In this document: positions 58,549 through 64,000 of the stretch, piece by piece
Position numbering within the stretch: the stretch's first letter is position 1
How the letters are laid out: every line of letters begins with the position of its first letter
Source of the DNA: an uncultured Bdellovibrionales bacterium
GTDB lineage: Bacteria; Patescibacteriota; Minisyncoccia; Moranbacterales; GWC2-37-73
NCBI GenBank assembly: GCA_964500125.1
Contig: CAZCMV010000001.1
Location: 54,119-118,118 of the forward strand
Direction: 5' to 3'
DNA: 64,000 nt
Position numbers and translations under genes: made by a program
The notes under the pieces: model-generated
Told to the model about the DNA's origin: nothing
Database searches by the model: none
Seen by the model: the letters and a program-made list of their open reading frames with translations, nothing else

Positions 58549-59598
58549 ATGAATGATATTAACTTAGATACTTTCTCAAAACTTGTATCAGAAAAGCTTG
58601 GTAAACAAATAACTTTTTCTGAAATCGAAAAAATCGGTGGCGGTTATCATTCTGACGGCTTCAAATTAAGCACGACCGACGGCAAATCTTTCTTTTTAAA
58701 ATATGTCAGGTCTCACGACCTGGGCTTTGAATTTCCCGAGCGTCATATTATGTCCTTAATGATTAGCAATGGTATGGGGCAAAGGGCTAGAAATAATCCT
58801 GCTTCTGTCGGGGTTGTCATTCAGAACGAACATGAAGAAATAATGCTTCCGGAAATAACAGATTCAACAAAAGTTTTCCATCTTCAAGAATTCGGTGGAA
58901 TAGGCACGAGTTACTCTACATTATTGAATGGAAACATTAACAAAAAATCAGTAGATAAAGAGGACAAGAAACAACTTAACGCTATTGCCGACAAGCTGAT
59001 AGAAATACATTCGGTCAAACACCCCTCAAAGGATAGAGATAAGCTCAAAGCAGTATATGATGATGGGCTACGAAATATGCTCATTAGTCCGGAGTTATCA
59101 ATCATGGTACTTTCTGAATTTCCAGATGATTATAAAATTCTTGATTTGGAAGGACAAAAGGAAATGATTTCATTGATGTATGAAAATATCAAGGCGTGCA
59201 TGGGCCGATTTGATAGATTAACGGCACTACATGGTGACTTTTGGGGAGCTAATATTTTTTTCAAAGATGATGGCAACATATTTATAATCGATTTTTCTCG
59301 CATACCATGGGGCGATCCCGCCATTGATGTTGGTTGGTTCATTACTGAGTATCTTTGGTATTATCATTCAACAGGAAACAAGTATTTCAAGGATTTGACT
59401 GAAACATGGCTAAGAATTTACGAAGAAAAATCAGGCGACAAAGAACTCCGCAAATTCATGCCTATTGTCATTGGTTGGCTTGGAATTGTGAGAATTTATC
59501 CACGCTGGTTTCCAGGCCATGAAATTGAAATTGCCACTCGTTTTATAAATCACGTGAAAGACATATTAAGAAAAAAAGAATTTATATGGAACGATTAA
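58549..59598 (+). CDS. Aminoglycoside/choline kinase-like phosphotransferase
   Basis: IGGG loop, LHGDFWGANI, IDF, GDPAID. Confidence 0.85.
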   Translation: MNDINLDTFSKLVSEKLGKQITFSEIEKIGGGYHSDGFKLSTTDGKSFFLKYVRSHDLGFEFPERHIMSLMISNGMGQRARNNPASVGVVIQNEHEEIMLPEITDSTKVFHLQEFGGIGTSYSTLLNGNINKKSVDKEDKKQLNAIADKLIEIHSVKHPSKDRDKLKAVYDDGLRNMLISPELSIMVLSEFPDDYKILDLEGQKEMISLMYENIKACMGRFDRLTALHGDFWGANIFFKDDGNIFIIDFSRIPWGDPAIDVGWFITEYLWYYHSTGNKYFKDLTETWLRIYEEKSGDKELRKFMPIVIGWLGIVRIYPRWFPGHEIEIATRFINHVKDILRKKEFIWND

Positions 59599-60452
59599 GC
59601 CCAGAACCAAATCTAAGCAAAAAAGAATTGAAAGTTAATATTGTTCGTCATGGCCCATCATCTTATCGACAACCCGAATGGAATGATGTAAAAACTGCCG
59701 ACGACTTGAACACCATTGGCCGATATGTCGATGGTCAAAAAACAGGCGAAGAAATCTTAAAAGGAAAAATTGAGGCTACTGAAATAATAGAAAAGACAGC
59801 TGAAAAAATCGCAGCTGAGGTTGAATCGGATGAAGAAGTTGCTATTTGGTCATCTCCAACGGGCAGAACGCTCGAAACAGCCAGAATAATCAGCGAGGTT
59901 CTGCAAGAAAAGGGCATCAAGCTTAGAACGAAAAAAGCTTCTGACGAATACGGGATCAAAACTTTTGAAAAATTGGGGGAGGTTAAAAATTTCTCTTGGC
60001 CACTTTTTGAACCTTTGATGAATGGCGGAGAAATAGAATATGGTGAAGTTAAATTTAAAATCGAAAAGTCATTGTCAAATCCAAATAATCTTGGTTATCC
60101 TGATTATTTCACATCTGATGCAATCAAAAACATTCCTGATGAAGTAAAAGCAATGTGGCCCAAAAGTTATGTGGACGAAATTGAAAAATTTGAAAGTTTT
60201 GCAGAAGTGAATAAAAGAATGATTGATACACTAAGTCACCTTAAAAAAGTTGGTGACAAAAAATACAGGGTAATTATTGTTACACACGACGCGCTCACGG
60301 GAGGAATTGTAAAAACATTTACCCATGATAAATTTGCAGGAATTGACCCCGGTCAACTCATTTCCATAGAAAGAAAAGATGATAAATTAGTAGCAACACG
60401 AGTTGGCAATATTTCCGAGGGTGATAGCGAAAAAGACATTACGGAGCAATAA
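59586..60452 (+). CDS. Histidine phosphatase family protein
   Basis: VRHG, SSPTGRTLETA, IIVTH. Confidence 0.85.
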   Translation: MERLSPEPNLSKKELKVNIVRHGPSSYRQPEWNDVKTADDLNTIGRYVDGQKTGEEILKGKIEATEIIEKTAEKIAAEVESDEEVAIWSSPTGRTLETARIISEVLQEKGIKLRTKKASDEYGIKTFEKLGEVKNFSWPLFEPLMNGGEIEYGEVKFKIEKSLSNPNNLGYPDYFTSDAIKNIPDEVKAMWPKSYVDEIEKFESFAEVNKRMIDTLSHLKKVGDKKYRVIIVTHDALTGGIVKTFTHDKFAGIDPGQLISIERKDDKLVATRVGNISEGDSEKDITEQ

Positions 60453-60476
60453 GAAGTTTTAAGTTTGATATAATTA

Positions 60477-61649
60477 TCACTTCAAAATACCGGCAATTTC
60501 TTCCGCGCATTTTTCCCAACTGAATCTCTTCACATTTTCCAATCCCCTTTGCACATATTCTTCGCGCAAAGAGCGATCATCGATAAGCAAAGCCATGGCT
60601 TTGGCAATGGATTGGGCGTCATGCACATCCACCAAGACTGCACTCTCCTCAGCAACTTCCGGTATGGAAGAATTGCGACCGGCAATAACTGGGCAACCCA
60701 CGCTCTGTGCTTCCAAAACCGGAATGCCAAAGCCTTCATATAATGTTGGAAACACAAACGCCTCCGCACTTTTCATTAACTCAAACTTCTCTCCATCACT
60801 AACGTAACCAAGTTCCATTATATCATCCTGAAACCTAGAACCTAGAACCTGAGACCTTATTTTTTCATAGCCATAGCCAGGCTTTCCTGCTAAAACTAAT
60901 TTATGCAACACCTGATATTTTTCCTTCAGAATTTCAAATGCCTTAACAATATTTACCACGTTCTTCCGCTCTTCAATCCGCCCAATGAATAACAAGAATT
61001 TTGAATTTTTAATTTTTAATTTTGATTGAATTTCCAATGTTTCAAATTTTGAATTTTTAAAATTCTGATTTGATTCGAAATTCGAAATTCGAAATTCGAA
61101 ATTCTTCTCGTATCCTTCATACACTACCTCAATCTTATTCTCCGAAACTCTATATAACCGCTCCAAATCAAACCTTGTATTTTGCGAAACGGAGATAATT
61201 TTATTGGCCCACTTGCAAGACATTTTTATGCTTAAGCGCATATACAGTCGTTCCCAAAAAGAATATGCATTTGGGCAGAATTCATATTCAAGTCCATGTA
61301 TTGTAACAACTGTATTTTTCGGATGAATCCAAGGCACAGTATGCGCCGGCACAAAAAGCGCATCAACCGGATGAATCAACATTTCCCAAGCCAATCCTAC
61401 CTGCGTCCAAAGTCTCGGCATTTTTACAACCCTGACTCTCCAATTCGCTGGAATTACAATTTCCCCATCTTTTATATCCGCACTTTCATTTTGATTTTTG
61501 ATTTTTGATTTTTGATTTTTTCTAATATACAAAACTACTTCGTAATCACGAAGTTCATCCAAAAGATGCCTAATAACCTGATAAGAATATTCCTCTATCC
61601 CTGTGCGCTTATCCAAAAAAGCACGGGAGGCGTCGATACCAATAATCAT
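60477..61649 (-). CDS. GT4 glycosyltransferase
   Basis: MIIGIDASR, TGIEEY, YEGFGIPVLEA; start taken at 61649. Confidence 0.9.
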   Translation of the reverse strand: MIIGIDASRAFLDKRTGIEEYSYQVIRHLLDELRDYEVVLYIRKNQKSKIKNQNESADIKDGEIVIPANWRVRVVKMPRLWTQVGLAWEMLIHPVDALFVPAHTVPWIHPKNTVVTIHGLEYEFCPNAYSFWERLYMRLSIKMSCKWANKIISVSQNTRFDLERLYRVSENKIEVVYEGYEKNFEFRISNFESNQNFKNSKFETLEIQSKLKIKNSKFLLFIGRIEERKNVVNIVKAFEILKEKYQVLHKLVLAGKPGYGYEKIRSQVLGSRFQDDIMELGYVSDGEKFELMKSAEAFVFPTLYEGFGIPVLEAQSVGCPVIAGRNSSIPEVAEESAVLVDVHDAQSIAKAMALLIDDRSLREEYVQRGLENVKRFSWEKCAEEIAGILK

Positions 61650-61736
61650 AAGCGACTCTAATTTACTAATAAGCACTCTAATGACTCCAATAACAATTCG
61701 GGTCATTCGAGTGAAAATTCGAGTATTAGAGTCGCC

Positions 61737-62744
61737 TTATTTAGCCAATAGAACTGTCTTTTTATACAAATCCAAATTATCCAAAGCCATGCCAATTCCC
61801 TTGATCACACAAAAAAGCGGGTCATCAGCAACATAGGTAGGCACTCCGATTGTCTTGGTAATCAATTGATCGAGATTGCGCAAAAGAGCCCCCCCACCTG
61901 AAAGCACCATACCTTTATCCATTATGTCCGCAGCCAATTCCGGCGGCGTTTCTTGGAAAACTTTCTTCACCGCATTGATCACTTCGCGAAGTTCATCTTG
62001 CAAAGCCTCTGTCACCTCATTAGAAGAAATACGCACAGTCTTTGGCAAACCTCCCATTAAATCACGTCCGCGCACATCCATGTATTCCTCTTTCACTTGC
62101 GCAATTGCACTGCCAATCTCAATCTTAATTTCTTCAGCCGTACGATCACCAATCGCCAAGCCATGTTTGCGCTTGATATAGTCTGAAATTGCTTGATCAA
62201 AACGATTACCACCCACACGCGCACTATGTGCCGCCACCACGCCACCCAAAGAAATCACCGCAATTTCCGAAGTACCACCGCCAATATTAATAATCATGTT
62301 CCCCTGCGCATTATGGATTGGAATACCTGCGCCAATTGCAGCAAGTAATGGTTCTTTCACAACATAGGCGGATTTAGCACCTGCTTTTACCGCCGCGTCC
62401 ACAACCGCACGACGCTCCGTTGAAGTAACCCCAGCAGGAATAGAAATCATCACTTCGGGACGCACTAAACGAAACTTGCCGCTAATCTTGTTTATAAAAT
62501 AGCGCAGCATCGCTTCTGTTACACGATAGTCGGCAATCACGCCATCTTTCATTGGTCGCGAAGCCATGATATTGTCAGGTGTGCGTCCCAACATTTCCTT
62601 AGCTTCGTTTCCAACCGCCAAAACCTTATTCTCAATCATTGAAACAGCCACCACCGATGGCTCATTAACGACTATTCCTTTACCAGGAACAAATACCAAA
62701 GTATTGGCGGTTCCCAGATCCACACCCATTTTTCGAATAAACAT
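61737..62744 (-). CDS. mreB: Rod shape-determining protein MreB
   Basis: DLGTANT, RPMKDGVIAD, GGGTSE, TPPELAADI. Confidence 0.97.
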   Translation of the reverse strand: MFIRKMGVDLGTANTLVFVPGKGIVVNEPSVVAVSMIENKVLAVGNEAKEMLGRTPDNIMASRPMKDGVIADYRVTEAMLRYFINKISGKFRLVRPEVMISIPAGVTSTERRAVVDAAVKAGAKSAYVVKEPLLAAIGAGIPIHNAQGNMIINIGGGTSEIAVISLGGVVAAHSARVGGNRFDQAISDYIKRKHGLAIGDRTAEEIKIEIGSAIAQVKEEYMDVRGRDLMGGLPKTVRISSNEVTEALQDELREVINAVKKVFQETPPELAADIMDKGMVLSGGGALLRNLDQLITKTIGVPTYVADDPLFCVIKGIGMALDNLDLYKKTVLLAK

Positions 62745-62800
62745 ATTTCAAAATCAAAATGCAAAAGTCAAAAATCAAAATGACAATGCAAAATTCAAAA

Positions 62801-63250
62801 TTACTTCAACTTTATATATCTTTTTTGTTTATAATTCCTAATTCCCTCGCACGTAGTTTGCACCATTTTAGTAGGAAGGTTGTCTAAAGAAAACCATCGC
62901 ACATCATCACACTTTTCTGGTTCCATATTTTTAGCTTCCCCTTTTTTCAAATCTGCCAAAAAATTTATTGCTATCCAATGCTGATTTTCTTTTTTTATTA
63001 TATGATCAGTATGCGGAAGCTGCCCCCAAATATCAATATCAATTCCAATTTCCTCTTTTATCTCCCGTTTTGCCATAGCAACCGCTTTTTCACCATATTC
63101 AATGGAGCCACCAGGCTTTGACCACCATCCAGCCTCATTTTTTGCATTTTTGCTACGCTTCATCAACAATACCTCTTTCTTTTTATTGAATATCAATACT
63201 CCTCCACCAACACCAATATAATCTCTTCCCGCTTTAAATTCCTTGTTCAT
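62801..63250 (-). CDS. NUDIX hydrolase
   Basis: PGGSIEYGE...AKREIKEEIG Nudix box. Confidence 0.92.
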   Translation of the reverse strand: MNKEFKAGRDYIGVGGGVLIFNKKKEVLLMKRSKNAKNEAGWWSKPGGSIEYGEKAVAMAKREIKEEIGIDIDIWGQLPHTDHIIKKENQHWIAINFLADLKKGEAKNMEPEKCDDVRWFSLDNLPTKMVQTTCEGIRNYKQKRYIKLK

Positions 63251-63330
63251 ATGGATAAATTATTCAATCACTTCAATATATTAAAATATGAACGTATTTT
63301 GCATTTCCTAAAAAGCTAACAAGCTAATAC

Positions 63331-64000
63331 CTAAGAAGCTACCCTTTTAATCTCCGCTCCTAATTTTTGCAACCTTTCTTCAATCTTTTCATATCCCCTG
63401 TCCACCTGGTATATGTCTTCAATCACACTTGTTCCATTTGCACAGAGCGCCGCGATAATCAAAGACGCTCCGGCACGCAAATCATAACTCTTGATATTGC
63501 TGGCCTTCAATTTCACAGGTCCTTTGATCACGACTTGGTGCGGATTCAATATCGTAGCATGCACACCCATCTTTTCCAATTCGCTGACATAATTAAAGCG
63601 TCCTTCAAAAAGCGTATCGAAAATCATCGTCTCGCCCTCGGCCTGCGTCGCCAACACTCCCAACGGCGCTTGAATATCAGTCGGTATTCCCGGATACGTA
63701 CGCGTATCGATTTTTTCAATGGCTCTGAGATTTTCAGTGGGAATCACTTCTATCACATCTTTTTCAATTTTAAAATCAGCACCGAATTGACGCAGTCTCT
63801 CCAACACCAAATCCAAATCGTTCTCACGAGCATTCTGCACACGAATAGGACTTTTGGTTGCCACGCCCATAATCAAAAATGTCGCCGCCTCATTGGCATC
63901 AGGAATAATCTCATGATTTGTTCCCTTCAATATTTTATTTCCTTCGATTGTCAAAGTGTGTGTTCCCAATCCCTCAATTTTAGCGCCCATTGAAATCAAA
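63331..64000 (-). CDS. murA: UDP-N-acetylglucosamine 1-carboxyvinyltransferase (3' part)
   Basis: YPGIPTDIQ, DLRAGASL, DRGYE; runs off the right edge. Confidence 0.95.
   Translation of the reverse strand, partial: LISMGAKIEGLGTHTLTIEGNKILKGTNHEIIPDANEAATFLIMGVATKSPIRVQNARENDLDLVLERLRQFGADFKIEKDVIEVIPTENLRAIEKIDTRTYPGIPTDIQAPLGVLATQAEGETMIFDTLFEGRFNYVSELEKMGVHATILNPHQVVIKGPVKLKASNIKSYDLRAGASLIIAALCANGTSVIEDIYQVDRGYEKIEERLQKLGAEIKRVAS

Noticed and set aside
61621-61628. GCACGGGA resembling the att core
   Set aside because: Inside a GT4 coding region, with no hairpin and no TAGAAC motif at the expected offset; chance match
63367-63993. 208-aa plus-strand ORF and similar long antisense ORFs elsewhere
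   Set aside because: Shadows of well-supported genes on the opposite strand (murA here)
1-64000. Alternative genetic code (UGA=Gly) as in some CPR lineages
   Set aside because: Long conserved ORFs are intact under code 11 and several genes end in TGA

Overview
AT-rich bacterial chromosome segment (genetic code 11). Gene content and order look like a Patescibacteria/CPR genome, Parcubacteria-like (inference). Bases 1 to about 21.9 kb are an accessory array stacked at the 3' end of a minus-strand tRNA-Trp (21930-22000). The array has five recurring junctions (cores at 145, 554, 1254, 8561, 21929), each built as terminator hairpin + GC(A/T)CG core + TAGAAC-like motif. They delimit two large-serine-recombinase (LSR) elements and at least two tiny single-gene, integrase-free cassettes, and the array probably continues past the left edge. 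Element A is about 7.3 kb, with an HTH replication protein and two HEPN-motif genes. Element B is about 13.4 kb, with a PLD-helicase + Eco57I-like MTase pair and a HEPN-motif gene. The att site lies inside the 3' end of each LSR gene, so integration swaps the LSR C-terminal tails. This LSR/tRNA-based, integron-like cassette array is the best candidate for a new system. Bases 22-64 kb are core genome: rpmG, tRNA-Thr/Tyr/Thr with an inserted GIY-YIG gene, ricT-like, tsf, rpsB, rpmE, mscL, rseP, frr, prfA, GGDEF, prmC, a histone-H1-like protein, cell-envelope glycosyltransferases, a conjugation-type ATPase cluster, ftsQ, holB, mreB and murA. This part is peppered with 7-9-bp-period repeat tracts, some translated in frame inside genes. 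All calls come from reading the sequence; no searches were run.
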